This document shows, piece after piece, positions 1 to 9,813 of a stretch of 64,000 bases of DNA (within the stretch, counting starts at the first letter, position 1; every line of letters starts with the position of its first letter). Made by a program: the position numbers and the translations under genes. The notes beneath the pieces were generated by a model that did no database searches, was not told the origin of the DNA, and saw nothing but the letters and a program-made list of their open reading frames with translations. Origin of the DNA: a virus; the IMG/VR virus record IMGVR_UViG_3300043427_001513, positions 5,490 through 69,489 of that record. The stretch is one strand, 5' to 3'.

Positions 1-448
1 CTCTATTTCAAGTATTGACAACTTTGAAGATAGCCTTCCACTAATCCAAATGATTGGTGAAGGTTCTGTCGGTCAAGAGTTTGCTTCATTGTTTACAATG
101 TTTATCAATAACCGTCTTGATAAAATGATGTCACCTAAAGATATCCTTTTAACAGCCGATGATGATAAAGTAATTAGTTCTCTTAAAAACAGTATTAGTA
201 AAGACTCAGATTACAGAGCTGATATTGCAGCAACACAAGCAACTCGTATTGCTAACTACAGTCTATACTATGCTAAAGACAACCGAATTGACGATAAGAT
301 TATAAGCAGACTTTCTAAACTAATTGTTCATGAAATGTTTACTGATGATCTTAAATATCTTATGGTTAGAGAAGTTGTTAATGGTAACAAAACAAAGTTT
401 CAAAAACTTCTTATGAATCCCACAGTTCTTAAGTATACCGCTAAGTAA
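1..448 (+). CDS. AAA+ (MoxR-like) ATPase of crAss-like phages, C-terminal part, 5'-truncated by the window edge
   Basis: Frame 2 is open from position 2 (SISSIDNFEDSLPLIQMIGEGSVG...FTMFINNRLDK), a segment I recognise from the C-terminus of crAss-like AAA ATPases. The Walker motifs lie outside the window. Confidence 0.6.
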   Translation, partial: SISSIDNFEDSLPLIQMIGEGSVGQEFASLFTMFINNRLDKMMSPKDILLTADDDKVISSLKNSISKDSDYRADIAATQATRIANYSLYYAKDNRIDDKIISRLSKLIVHEMFTDDLKYLMVREVVNGNKTKFQKLLMNPTVLKYTAK

Positions 449-1479
449 TGAAAGACGTATTTCAGCCTATTCCTAGTGCTGTAGAAACCTTATGGGGCTC
501 TTTTTTAAAGAGCCCTGTAAGTGTTTCAGTAGGCGCTAGTCAAGATTATAAAACAGCTCATTTTGTAGATTTTACGTTTTATGAAAATTTATACGATAAA
601 ATAACTGAAGAAACAGTAAATACTACAACTTCTGGGGATAAGTATTTCTTTTTACCTGGTGCTTCTTATTCTCAAGCAAGAATTAAAGAACTATGTAAAC
701 AATCTAAAATTGTAATAACTAATAACATTGAAGATGCAAATGTTATAGTATCAAATAAAGATTGTTTTGTTTCTGTCCGTTATTCTCCTGAAGATATAAA
801 AAGCTATCATATCGGATATGAAGATGTTTTTGCTTTAGTAGATTCAGGAAACGGTATAAAACAATTAAGAAAAAAAACAAGCTGGAGAGAAGATACTGTT
901 GAACCTTCTTACAGAAGTATAGTAACACCATTAATGCTTATTGCTGCTTATCATATAGAGAACACCGGCAAGTGTGTAATGAGTTTTGATACGTTTGTTA
1001 AAAATTCTAGTTCTCAAGTTATTGTACCTATAACTGAGGAAATGGTAGAAACCATTTCACAAATGATTTATTCCGGTAATACTGATGACAAAAAGCTTGC
1101 AGCAAATCTTTTAGTAAATATAGATACAAGAAAGAATAAGCATTTTCTCTGGCGACTTTTTAAAAAAACTAGTCCTTATTTACCAAGTATAGATAATAAG
1201 AATAAAGATTTTAAACAATGGATTGAAAGTTCAGATTATAACAAGATTAATGATATAAAAGCTGAATACATGATTAAAATTCTTGAAAAAGAAAAAACTT
1301 TAACGTATGATGAGTTTGTTTACTTAGAAAAATTTGCAAGACAAGAGGTACAAATCTATCATAGATCAATGTATTCTTTTGAAGTAAAGCTTATACCTGA
1401 ATGGCGTGAGTTATTAGAAACATTAAAAAAAGAAAAAGATGAGTCCTACGTACAAAATTTGCAAAACAATACGATTTGA
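448..1479 (+). CDS. Hypothetical protein (343 aa) with a BRCT-like N-terminal segment; paralog of the next gene
   Basis: Long ORF coupled by a TAATG overlap. Contains YFFLPGAS...VITNNIEDANVIV and TEEMVETISQMIYSGNTDDKKLAANLL. Confidence 0.7.
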   Translation: MKDVFQPIPSAVETLWGSFLKSPVSVSVGASQDYKTAHFVDFTFYENLYDKITEETVNTTTSGDKYFFLPGASYSQARIKELCKQSKIVITNNIEDANVIVSNKDCFVSVRYSPEDIKSYHIGYEDVFALVDSGNGIKQLRKKTSWREDTVEPSYRSIVTPLMLIAAYHIENTGKCVMSFDTFVKNSSSQVIVPITEEMVETISQMIYSGNTDDKKLAANLLVNIDTRKNKHFLWRLFKKTSPYLPSIDNKNKDFKQWIESSDYNKINDIKAEYMIKILEKEKTLTYDEFVYLEKFARQEVQIYHRSMYSFEVKLIPEWRELLETLKKEKDESYVQNLQNNTI

Positions 1480-2728
1480 CAAGTCAAATCCATTTAGAGA
1501 ACCTGAAGTATTTAATAGTATAGAGATTGACAATAAAGAAAGTAATTATAGCAAATTAATTACAGAACTTTATACCTCATTATTACAAGGAACTATTGAT
1601 GAAAGTAAAGACTTAAAACTATATACTCACCCTGGTAGTATTATTACTAGGGATATGTGGATTAGCTTAAAGGAAAACACAAAAATCAGAAAAACATTAA
1701 ACAAAAAAAATGCTGATCTTTTTGCAATGTCTTTTAAGACTTTTAGGAAGCATATAAAAGATGTAGATTCTTTTACTATACCATCTGAAGAGTTTATTGA
1801 AAACGTTAGTTTTTTTAAAGACTTTAAAGAATTTTGTGTAATAACAAAAATGACTTTTCGAGATTTTGAAATTGACAATGATGCAAAGCTTGTTAAAGCT
1901 ATGCACTTATTTGAAAAGTGTAAATTTTATATTGATACTTTAATAAGTAATACACGTTATGTTGATAAGGTAAACTACATAGGTTGGAAAAGTTATAAAT
2001 CTTATGAATTTCTTAAAGCTGAAGATGATTATTTATATAAAGCTATTTGTGGTGCAATACTAGAACAAGGTTTACATAACCCAAATAGAAAAAGCACAAG
2101 AGACACCATCATATTATTATATACTAATGAATCATTTAATGAAATAGGCCACTTTATATCTAATAAAGACAAATACATTAATGAAAACAACGTTAAAAAA
2201 AGAATACAAAGTGATTTAGCAGTAATTGATCAAGATATGTATAAAAATATACTATCTATGATTAAGAGTAGTGATTCTTCTAATGGTATTTTAGCAGTAA
2301 GTATTTTATCTTCAGTTAATGTAACGCAATCATTTGGGTATATAACTCTTATAATGTACCAATGCATAAATATTTTTAGCAATCATAGAGAATGGTTTAC
2401 ATCTTCTAATGCTAAAAGCTTCTTAACGCAGTACAATACATTATGTGATGGTCATATGTCAAAAGAATTTAAAAGTAATATATGGTTAGGAAATTCTTTT
2501 TCTGGTAGTTCTTTACCTAAACGAATAGAGGAACCTAAAATATTAATGGAACTTATTAAAAGATCAAACCAGAATTCTGTAGAAATCTTAAGTATTATTA
2601 AAGAGATAATGCTAAATGACTTTAAGAATTTTATATCAAGAAGTTGGATGCATAATATTATTAACTTAGAAGCACTTTGTACATCATTTGATTTTAAAGA
2701 AGACTTTAAGCAACAGGGGGTTGTATAA
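1439..2728 (+). CDS. Hypothetical protein (429 aa); paralog of the previous gene
   Basis: Long AT-rich ORF. LYTHPGSII...KTLNKKNADLF and DQDMYKNILSMIKSSDSSNGILAVSIL match the upstream protein's motifs. Confidence 0.7.
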   Translation: MSPTYKICKTIRFDKSNPFREPEVFNSIEIDNKESNYSKLITELYTSLLQGTIDESKDLKLYTHPGSIITRDMWISLKENTKIRKTLNKKNADLFAMSFKTFRKHIKDVDSFTIPSEEFIENVSFFKDFKEFCVITKMTFRDFEIDNDAKLVKAMHLFEKCKFYIDTLISNTRYVDKVNYIGWKSYKSYEFLKAEDDYLYKAICGAILEQGLHNPNRKSTRDTIILLYTNESFNEIGHFISNKDKYINENNVKKRIQSDLAVIDQDMYKNILSMIKSSDSSNGILAVSILSSVNVTQSFGYITLIMYQCINIFSNHREWFTSSNAKSFLTQYNTLCDGHMSKEFKSNIWLGNSFSGSSLPKRIEEPKILMELIKRSNQNSVEILSIIKEIMLNDFKNFISRSWMHNIINLEALCTSFDFKEDFKQQGVV

Positions 2729-2738
2729 ACCCCCTTTT
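2715..2738 (+). terminator. Probable intrinsic terminator overlapping the stop codon of 1439..2728
   Basis: AGGGGGTT-gtata-AACCCCCT stem followed by TTT. Confidence 0.5.
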
Positions 2739-2750
2739 AAAAAACTTACC

Positions 2751-3746
2751 ATGACAGAGCAAGAAAAAATATTTTACGACAACAAGTTCTACTTCAGCTA
2801 CAGTGGGCTAAGTAAACTTCTTTATGACCCTAAGCTGTTTTACAGCTATTACATTCTCAACGAAAGAGAAGAAAAAACAGAAGCACACCTTATTGAAGGT
2901 CGTGTGTTACACTGTTTAATCCTTCAACCTGAAGATTTTGAGAATCAGTTTGCAGTAATGCCTAATGACATTCCTACAGCAAACACTAAAAATATTATAG
3001 ATAACCTTTACAAGGTTAGAGACGAAAGAACCGACATCAACGATTATACTGATCAGATTCTTGCTTTACTTCAAATGGCAAATCTTCACCAGAGCTTGAA
3101 GACAGATCAGCAAAGACTTGATAAAATCTTAACTCCAGATGCAATTGCTTACTGGAACTATATAGTTTCATCACAAGGCAAAACAGTTATTGACAGCATT
3201 ACCTATGACAGAATGGTAGAAGCTAAAGACTCTATGCTAAAGGATGAGCGCATGAAAAAGATGTTTAGTGATGTCCATGCTTCAGAAAATGGATTAATTG
3301 TGTTTAGTGAAAAGCTTTTACAGTACGATTTACAGAGGTACAAGTTTGGTCTTAAGGGTATAGTTGATAGAATCGTTATCGATCCTAAAAATGCGCTTAT
3401 TGATGTTATTGATGTAAAGACCTCAAATAAAGCACATTCTGAATTTATTGATACAATTGAGTATTACAGGTACTGGTTACAAGCTACCATCTATACTCTC
3501 TTAGTTGTTAGATATGTTTCTGATAATAAAATCATTCCGGAAGAAATGATTAACAACATAAAAGTATCTTTTAAGTTTGTAGTGTACGACAAGTTAAAGA
3601 ATACCTGTATATTTGAGCTATCTGAGCAAACCTTAAACGAGTGGTACTCTAGAATGGAAGCAAGTCTACAAGTAGCAGACTATCACTATTCTAACAACAA
3701 GTACAACGCTCCAAAAGACTTTGACTTGGGTATAGTACAGATATAA
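2751..3746 (+). CDS. PD-(D/E)xK nuclease (RecE/exonuclease VIII, PDDEXK_1-like)
   Basis: FSYSGLSKLL...GRVLHCLILQP N-terminus; LKGIVDRIVID...VIDVKTS catalytic motifs; YWLQATIY motif. Start moved to ATG 2751 (MTEQEK), downstream of the hairpin. Confidence 0.85.
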   Translation: MTEQEKIFYDNKFYFSYSGLSKLLYDPKLFYSYYILNEREEKTEAHLIEGRVLHCLILQPEDFENQFAVMPNDIPTANTKNIIDNLYKVRDERTDINDYTDQILALLQMANLHQSLKTDQQRLDKILTPDAIAYWNYIVSSQGKTVIDSITYDRMVEAKDSMLKDERMKKMFSDVHASENGLIVFSEKLLQYDLQRYKFGLKGIVDRIVIDPKNALIDVIDVKTSNKAHSEFIDTIEYYRYWLQATIYTLLVVRYVSDNKIIPEEMINNIKVSFKFVVYDKLKNTCIFELSEQTLNEWYSRMEASLQVADYHYSNNKYNAPKDFDLGIVQI

Positions 3747-4285
3747 TGAGGAAGCTCTATAAGGACTATTTTCAAAAAAGCAAAGTCTTTTTGTATCCTA
3801 TATTAGGATTACAAAGAGGCATATCAACAGTGCCGTCAGGTACATACATTGCTTGGGAAAAACTCATAGAGCCTGCAGATCAGAAACTCATTATTACGTA
3901 TAACTGTATAAATCACGAAGAGTATCCAGACTTTAAAAAGAATGTATTACTACAACATGATTTTCTTATAGATATACGCATAGGAGAAAATGATGAGCAC
4001 ATATATGTCTTTGACTTGTTAGCTATCGGCGCTGATTATCAATCATTTCTACAAGGTAGGTATTCTATGATATCAGATGAAGTGAAGGAATTAATCCTTA
4101 CCTTCTTTGATGGAGATAAAAAAACCTTAGAGTTTGTAGAAAGTTATCTTTTTCCAGAAGATTATTTTGATGATTACTCAAAATTGCTTAACGTTGATAT
4201 AGAATTGCTTAAGAGCGTGGGGGAGTTGTGTGCTCCCCCCGATCTTATTAAAGAAACACTTAAAACCACAATAAAAAAACCATGA
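3746..4285 (+). CDS. Hypothetical phage protein (179 aa)
   Basis: Coupled ORF (TAATG overlap) with YFQKSKVFLYPILG and FLQGRYS motifs. Function unknown. Confidence 0.75.
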   Translation: MRKLYKDYFQKSKVFLYPILGLQRGISTVPSGTYIAWEKLIEPADQKLIITYNCINHEEYPDFKKNVLLQHDFLIDIRIGENDEHIYVFDLLAIGADYQSFLQGRYSMISDEVKELILTFFDGDKKTLEFVESYLFPEDYFDDYSKLLNVDIELLKSVGELCAPPDLIKETLKTTIKKP

Positions 4286-4689
4286 CACAAGCAAACGGCA
4301 GCATGATGCTGATTCACTCAAACTTCGGTAACGCTAAGTCTTTTAGACTCATTCCAGTTACAACAGCATGTCCTTATGTAGAAGTACTCTTTGATCCAGA
4401 GACAGGAACACTTGTACCAGTACTTAACGTAATCAAGCAAGCATACCACATGCTTCCAAAACTTGATGACAACGGTGATGTAATGCGCATAAAACTTGGA
4501 GGTAGAGATAATGGTAAAGACTACAAAGAAGAGCGCCGTCTAGTAGAAACCTTTACAGAGTTTTATCTTGCTGAAGAAAGCAGCATTGAAGAATTTATCA
4601 AGTACTTTGCAATCAACCACCACTCATTTGATTGGAAGTCTTTTATGCCTGCAACTGAACAAGCTCATAAGCCTATAATCACTATGTAA
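4282..4689 (+). CDS. Hypothetical phage protein (135 aa)
   Basis: ATGA overlap with the upstream gene and TAATG overlap with the polymerase gene. Confidence 0.75.
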   Translation: MTQANGSMMLIHSNFGNAKSFRLIPVTTACPYVEVLFDPETGTLVPVLNVIKQAYHMLPKLDDNGDVMRIKLGGRDNGKDYKEERRLVETFTEFYLAEESSIEEFIKYFAINHHSFDWKSFMPATEQAHKPIITM

Positions 4690-6686
4690 TGAAGCAACAC
4701 TGGGTCATGGACTATGAGACCCTTGTTGATTGTTTCGTTGGTGTTTTTGAAGCAACCAATTCTGATGATCGCAAGATCTTCATATGTTCAAAGCAACAGA
4801 ATGATATCTCCGGTATTATTGAATTTCTAAAGCAGAATTCAGAAGACCGGTCATTTCATTTTTCTTTTAATGGTTTAGCTTTTGATGCCCAGGTTAGTGA
4901 GTTTATACTTAAGAACTCATCTACATTACTAAATGATTCTGAACCGGCTACTAAGATTTATGAGTTTGTACAAAACAAGCTTATAAGTGCTGAAAAGTCG
5001 CAATTTGGACCTAGATTACCTTATGCTAGCTGGGAATTAAGTATTCCTCAGGTAGATCTTTATAAGCTTAATCACTGGGATAATCCTGCAAAGTCATCTT
5101 CTCTTAAGTGGATACAGTGCAGTATGGATTGGGAGAATGTCCAAGAGATGCCTCTTAATCATACTACACATATAGAAACTCAGGAGCAGCTTGACATGAT
5201 TGTATCATATTGTATAAATGATGTAAGGTCTACAAAGAAGATACTTGATTTAAGTCGTGAGCAGATAAACCTAAGAATAGCTCTTACTAAAGAGTATGGG
5301 ATTGATCTATACAGCGCTAGTGAACCAAGAATAAGTAAAGAACTCTTTGCTTATTTCTTGACTAATAGACTAGACATTGATAAGAGAGATCTTAAGCAGC
5401 TTAGAACAAGACGTACTCAAATTGTAGTAAAGGATATCATACTCCCTTATATACATTTTAAGACGCCGCAGCTTGCAAGGATTCTAGAGGAGTTTAAGAA
5501 GATTGTTATTAATCCTAATGAAACTAAAGGAAGCCTAAAGCTTTCTATGAAGGATCGTGGAGTAAAAACAGACTTTGGTCTAGGTGGTGTGCACGGTGCT
5601 GCAGACAGTGGAGTATACAAATCAGATGAAGACACTATAATCATGTCTTCAGATGTTACTTCTTTCTATCCCAATCTAGCTATTCGTAACAAGTGGTCTC
5701 CTGGTCACTTAGATGCTCAAGCTTTTTGTGAACTGTATGAATGGTTCTTTGAAGAAAGAAAGAAAATACCCAAAAAAGATCCTAAGAACTACGTCTATAA
5801 AATTATTCTCAACTCGACTTACGGTTTGAGTAATGATGAAAACAGTTTTCTATACGATCCAGAGTTTACTATGAGGATTACTATTAATGGTCAACTTAGT
5901 CTAATGCTTCTTTATGAAATGATTATAGAAGCAATACCTGATGCAAAACCATTAATGCAAAACACTGACGGTCTTGAAACTATAATACCAAGAGACAAAG
6001 TAGATACTTATATGGACGTATGTTCTCAATGGGAACAGCTTACTAGTCTTCAGCTTGAACATGAAACTTATCAAAAGTTAGTGCTAGCTGATGTAAATAA
6101 CTATATTGCTGTTACTGAGTTTAAAGAACTTCCAGACAAAGACTCTTGGTTAGGTTTACAAAAAGCCGTTCCATATTATCTATATAAGATATCTGCAGGG
6201 CGTTTTATGTATGCCGCAACAAAGTGTAAAGGTAGATTTGAGTTTACAGGACTTGCTCTTCACAAGAACAAGTCAAACTTAGTTATACCTAAAGCTTTGT
6301 TTGAGTACTTTGTTAAAGGTACTCCGGTTGAACAATATCTCATGCATAATCATAATATTCTAGATTATTGCATGGTAACTCGTTCACGCGGCGACTGGTA
6401 CTTTGCAGAGTCTTGTATTGTAGATGGAGTATTTCTACAAAATAAACTGCAACACGTTATCAGATACTATGTATCTCATAAAGGTTGCAAGATTATTAAG
6501 TACAACTCTATTGATGGTAGAGAAACTAAATCCGAAGCTGGTCCTTATCTACAAACGGTATACAATGAAATTAAAGATAGACCTTTTGAAGAATACGGTG
6601 TAAACATCGCATACTACTTAAGAGCTATAGAGAGTGAGATTGATAATATTCAAAAAACTCATGTACAATTAAACTTGTTTTTATGA
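4689..6686 (+). CDS. polB: DNA polymerase family B, crAss-like type
   Basis: Exonuclease motifs DYET, FNGLAFD and YCINDV; polymerase motifs SDVTSFYPN, KIILNSTYG and NTDG. No intein visible. Confidence 0.95.
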   Translation: MKQHWVMDYETLVDCFVGVFEATNSDDRKIFICSKQQNDISGIIEFLKQNSEDRSFHFSFNGLAFDAQVSEFILKNSSTLLNDSEPATKIYEFVQNKLISAEKSQFGPRLPYASWELSIPQVDLYKLNHWDNPAKSSSLKWIQCSMDWENVQEMPLNHTTHIETQEQLDMIVSYCINDVRSTKKILDLSREQINLRIALTKEYGIDLYSASEPRISKELFAYFLTNRLDIDKRDLKQLRTRRTQIVVKDIILPYIHFKTPQLARILEEFKKIVINPNETKGSLKLSMKDRGVKTDFGLGGVHGAADSGVYKSDEDTIIMSSDVTSFYPNLAIRNKWSPGHLDAQAFCELYEWFFEERKKIPKKDPKNYVYKIILNSTYGLSNDENSFLYDPEFTMRITINGQLSLMLLYEMIIEAIPDAKPLMQNTDGLETIIPRDKVDTYMDVCSQWEQLTSLQLEHETYQKLVLADVNNYIAVTEFKELPDKDSWLGLQKAVPYYLYKISAGRFMYAATKCKGRFEFTGLALHKNKSNLVIPKALFEYFVKGTPVEQYLMHNHNILDYCMVTRSRGDWYFAESCIVDGVFLQNKLQHVIRYYVSHKGCKIIKYNSIDGRETKSEAGPYLQTVYNEIKDRPFEEYGVNIAYYLRAIESEIDNIQKTHVQLNLFL

Positions 6687-7450
6687 AAACTACACCAGAC
6701 GTAACAAAAAATTATCTAATTGGGGCTCCATTGCCCCAACACGGTGGAAGATACAGTGTAATTCCACACGGTGACGTTATTAGAAAAGTCACAAAGAGTA
6801 TTGAACAAAACGGATTTGAGATCGAGAGAGAGCTTTATCGTAGTAGCATGGATGCACAAGTTGCAACAGGAATCTACCACATAAAGTCTTCTCTTGATAA
6901 TGAGATGTCAATGATGTTTGCATGGGTAAACAGCTACAACAAAACTAGAAGATTTCGTTGCGCTGTAGGATCTTATGTATCTGTATGCATGAACGGAATG
7001 ATCTCCGGGGATCTAAAGTCATATGGCAGAAAACATATGGGAAGTGCTGACGTAGAATATAGTCAAGTTATTTTTGACCAGCTGTCTCAGCTTAGTACTC
7101 ACCATAAGAATCTTGTTAATGACAAGAACGCAATGAAAGAGATCACAGTATCTAAAAAGCGTCAGGCAGAGCTCTTAGGTCAGCTTTTTATTAATGAGAA
7201 CATTCTGACATCTACCCAGCTTTCAGAAGTTAAACAAGAGATGGAAAATCCAACTTTTGATTACGGAACTCCAGACGACAACTTGTGGACTCTTTACAAC
7301 CACGTAACTCATGCAGTAAAGAGCACTCACCCAAGTCTTTGGATTGACCGTCTAAGAGATGTGCATACTTTCTTTACACAAGAGTACTCATCTTATATGA
7401 GACCTACATCTTCTGATTTTGTTCCTGAAAAAGGAGTATTTGCTTTATAA
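6683..7450 (+). CDS. DUF932/DUF945-like phage protein
   Basis: YSVIPH, WVNSYNK, VCMNG and LWTLYNHVTH motifs typical of this family. Confidence 0.75.
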   Translation: MKTTPDVTKNYLIGAPLPQHGGRYSVIPHGDVIRKVTKSIEQNGFEIERELYRSSMDAQVATGIYHIKSSLDNEMSMMFAWVNSYNKTRRFRCAVGSYVSVCMNGMISGDLKSYGRKHMGSADVEYSQVIFDQLSQLSTHHKNLVNDKNAMKEITVSKKRQAELLGQLFINENILTSTQLSEVKQEMENPTFDYGTPDDNLWTLYNHVTHAVKSTHPSLWIDRLRDVHTFFTQEYSSYMRPTSSDFVPEKGVFAL

Positions 7451-7452
7451 TT

Positions 7453-7479
7453 AAGGGGGAGTACATCTCCCCCTTTTTT
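7453..7479 (+). terminator. Rho-independent terminator
   Basis: AAGGGGGAG-tacat-CTCCCCCTT followed by a T run, immediately after the stop at 7450. Confidence 0.85.
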
Positions 7480-7481
7480 AA

Positions 7482-7489
7482 TAACTTTG
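7482..7489 (+). promoter_or_regulatory. Possible Bacteroidota sigma-70 -7 element (TAnnTTTG)
   Basis: TAACTTTG lies between the terminator and the next ATG (7495). The very short spacing would imply a near-leaderless transcript. Confidence 0.4.
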
Positions 7490-7494
7490 TGATT

Positions 7495-7821
7495 ATGAGT
7501 AAACTAAACAATCACGGAAGACCGCTTTTTGCTTTACTTAGAGAAGAAGATCATCTTCTTAAAACAGCAAACAGTATAGGTTGGATAGAATGGGCACCAG
7601 ATGGAACATTTAAAAGTTTAAAACCAGAAATAGCTTTAGGACTAAGCTTAATACTTGATCCTAACAGACTTTCTTTTACCTGGTTAACAACGACAGTTGA
7701 AGAAATTGTAGAACAAACTGATGAATACATTAAATTCAGAACCACCAATAGCAACTATACGCTACATTATGGAACAGCAGAAAAGCAAATTCACAGCACC
7801 GAAGAAGAAGATAACTCTTAA
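7495..7821 (+). CDS. Hypothetical phage protein
   Basis: ORF with WIEW and FTWLTTTVEEI...FRTTNSNYTL motifs. ATG at 7495. Confidence 0.75.
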   Translation: MSKLNNHGRPLFALLREEDHLLKTANSIGWIEWAPDGTFKSLKPEIALGLSLILDPNRLSFTWLTTTVEEIVEQTDEYIKFRTTNSNYTLHYGTAEKQIHSTEEEDNS

Positions 7822-8398
7822 AAAGCTTCTTATCGAAATTAAGTATACTATTCTTTTTTGGAAAGGTAGATCCAAAGGAATGATACATACTCGTAATCTT
7901 AAGTTATCTGATATCAGATACATATTTTTCCCTAAAGACTTTACAGAAAAGTATGGATATCTTGGAGCTACAATTCCTTCTAGCGGAGAACTATTTCAAG
8001 CACTTTACCCTCTTGTTCTTGCGTTAGACTTTCAAGCAAAGCCCAGCTGGTGTCCAAGATGGTTTCTTCGTTTTCTGCATGTGTTTGGAAATGATAAATC
8101 AATAGTAAGAGTACGTAACTTTAGACTGCATCTTCTTTTTAGAAAGATTACACAAGGAGTTGTATTCTGGGATTGGAAAACTAAATGGTACAGTTACGAT
8201 TTAAGAATCAGTGTATCAGGTGCGAGACATCTTCAAAATCTTGCAAGCGCAATTGAGCACGACTTCTTTAAAAGAGGTTATACTGAAGAGCTTAAAAGTA
8301 AGATAAAGAAGTTAGATCCTGAAGCAAAGATTATAATGACTGATATCAAAAGCCTAGAAAGAATGTTAAACAATTTAGAAGAAAAAAATGAACAATAA
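7769..8398 (+). CDS. Hypothetical phage protein
   Basis: Long ORF with KPSWCPRWFLRFLH. Likely start is ATG 7769 (alternative 7721). Confidence 0.7.
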   Translation: MEQQKSKFTAPKKKITLKKLLIEIKYTILFWKGRSKGMIHTRNLKLSDIRYIFFPKDFTEKYGYLGATIPSSGELFQALYPLVLALDFQAKPSWCPRWFLRFLHVFGNDKSIVRVRNFRLHLLFRKITQGVVFWDWKTKWYSYDLRISVSGARHLQNLASAIEHDFFKRGYTEELKSKIKKLDPEAKIIMTDIKSLERMLNNLEEKNEQ

Positions 8399-9056
8399 AG
8401 TAGAGCTTCTAGGATACTACGGTAGTGATGAAGTAATTGCGCAGTCTGCTTGGACTTCTACAAGTAGGGAACTTACTGAGGAAAAAAGAAAAAGAATTCC
8501 AGCACTAATTAATATGCTTTGGTCAGAAGGACATGAAACTCCTTTTGAAAAAGGTAATGTGCACTTCTTAGTTACTTGTGATATTGCTAGTCATATTCAT
8601 CTTCTAAAACACAGAATTGCTAGCATTAATGCAGAGTCAGCTAGGTATAAAGAACTTAAGGAGGATAAGACCTACTTGCCTGAAGATTGGAAAGGTATCA
8701 TTCTTAAGTCTCAACTTGAGATTGGAGGTCCTCAAAATAAAATGATTGACTGGTATGAAAGATTAGACAGCTTTACTCAAGAAGCTAATCAACTATATCA
8801 TGAAGCTGTAGAAGAACTTACTCCAGTTCTCGGAAGAAAGCGGGCTAAAGAATCAGCTAGATTCTTTAAAACCTACAACTCTCAGATCACTGCAGACGTA
8901 CAGTTTAACATGAGGTCTTTTGCAAACTTTCTTAAACTTCGTGCTTCAGATCATGCACAGGTAGAGATTAAAGATATCGCCTGGAAAATGTTTAACTTGG
9001 TTGCTGCTATTGAAGAGCAGCCTTTTAAAGAAACACTTAAGCTAATTAAACCATGA
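8388..9056 (+). CDS. thyX: Flavin-dependent thymidylate synthase
   Basis: GHETPFE; HLLKHRIASINAESARY (RHRx7SxR variant); NMRSFANFLKLR...HAQVEI. Confidence 0.92.
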   Translation: MNNKVELLGYYGSDEVIAQSAWTSTSRELTEEKRKRIPALINMLWSEGHETPFEKGNVHFLVTCDIASHIHLLKHRIASINAESARYKELKEDKTYLPEDWKGIILKSQLEIGGPQNKMIDWYERLDSFTQEANQLYHEAVEELTPVLGRKRAKESARFFKTYNSQITADVQFNMRSFANFLKLRASDHAQVEIKDIAWKMFNLVAAIEEQPFKETLKLIKP

Positions 9057-9490
9057 TGGTCACAGGTAGCGAACCCATTACACATAAAAACAGATATGGT
9101 GACGTCTACACCTTTACTGAAGATGAAGACGGCAACATTCTATGGGAGGGTCCATTTCTATACTGTAGAAATGGTTTTCCTAATGACTATACAAAAGCTT
9201 ATGATGCTTATGTAAATGATCTTGATGGTCAACAAGCAATGAATATATCAGACTTTATCAAAGAAGTAACTCGTTATGATTCAGATAACGGTGGTTATAC
9301 AGATATTGGTAAAAAATACAGCAAGGAAATAACTACGTTGTTTGAACTTATAACAATGGTTGATCCTTCCGGAGGACCCTACATTGCTCGTGGTCACAGC
9401 ACTCATCTTATAAGCAAGACTTTTAAGAAAGGTACTGTTGATCAGTTTATTAGTATTGACACGGGATACAAAATAATTATATCAAGATGA
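9053..9490 (+). CDS. Hypothetical phage protein (145 aa)
   Basis: Coupled ORF with NRYGDVYTF and MVDPSGGPYI motifs. Confidence 0.75.
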   Translation: MMVTGSEPITHKNRYGDVYTFTEDEDGNILWEGPFLYCRNGFPNDYTKAYDAYVNDLDGQQAMNISDFIKEVTRYDSDNGGYTDIGKKYSKEITTLFELITMVDPSGGPYIARGHSTHLISKTFKKGTVDQFISIDTGYKIIISR

Positions 9491-9813
9491 GTGAAGAAAA
9501 CAAAGAACAAGCTCTTCGCTATAATGAAGGAAAGATCAAATGGTCTCTAGTAGATTTTAAATCTTTAGAGGGTATGGTAAGAGTTCTAGAAATGGGCGCC
9601 AAAAAGTATGACGCGCATAACTGGAAGAAAGGAATGCCTGTAAGCCAAGTCTCAGAATCTCTTATGAGACACTTGTACGCTTTTCTAAACGGTGAAGATC
9701 ACGATAAAGAAAGCGGTTTACATCACATCTCACATGTAATGTGTAACGCTATGTTCTTAGAATACATATTAAGAGAGAAACCTGAATTTGACGATCGCTA
9801 TGGTAAACCATAA
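9487..9813 (+). CDS. dATP/dGTP diphosphohydrolase-domain protein (DUF5664-like)
   Basis: RYNEGKIKWSLV, VLEMGAKKYDAHNWKKG, SLMRHL and DKESGLHHISHVMCNAMFL are hallmark motifs. Confidence 0.85.
   Translation: MSEENKEQALRYNEGKIKWSLVDFKSLEGMVRVLEMGAKKYDAHNWKKGMPVSQVSESLMRHLYAFLNGEDHDKESGLHHISHVMCNAMFLEYILREKPEFDDRYGKP

Noticed and set aside
4219-4240. GGGGGAG-ttgtgtg-CTCCCCC hairpin
   Set aside because: It lies inside a CDS with no T tract, so it is not called as a terminator.
4689-6686. Intein or group I intron in the DNA polymerase
   Set aside because: The ORF is compact (665 aa), with all motifs in order and no splice or homing-endonuclease signatures.
9487-9813. Z-genome (2-aminoadenine) system
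   Set aside because: No PurZ-like gene in the window; a DUF5664-like gene alone is insufficient.
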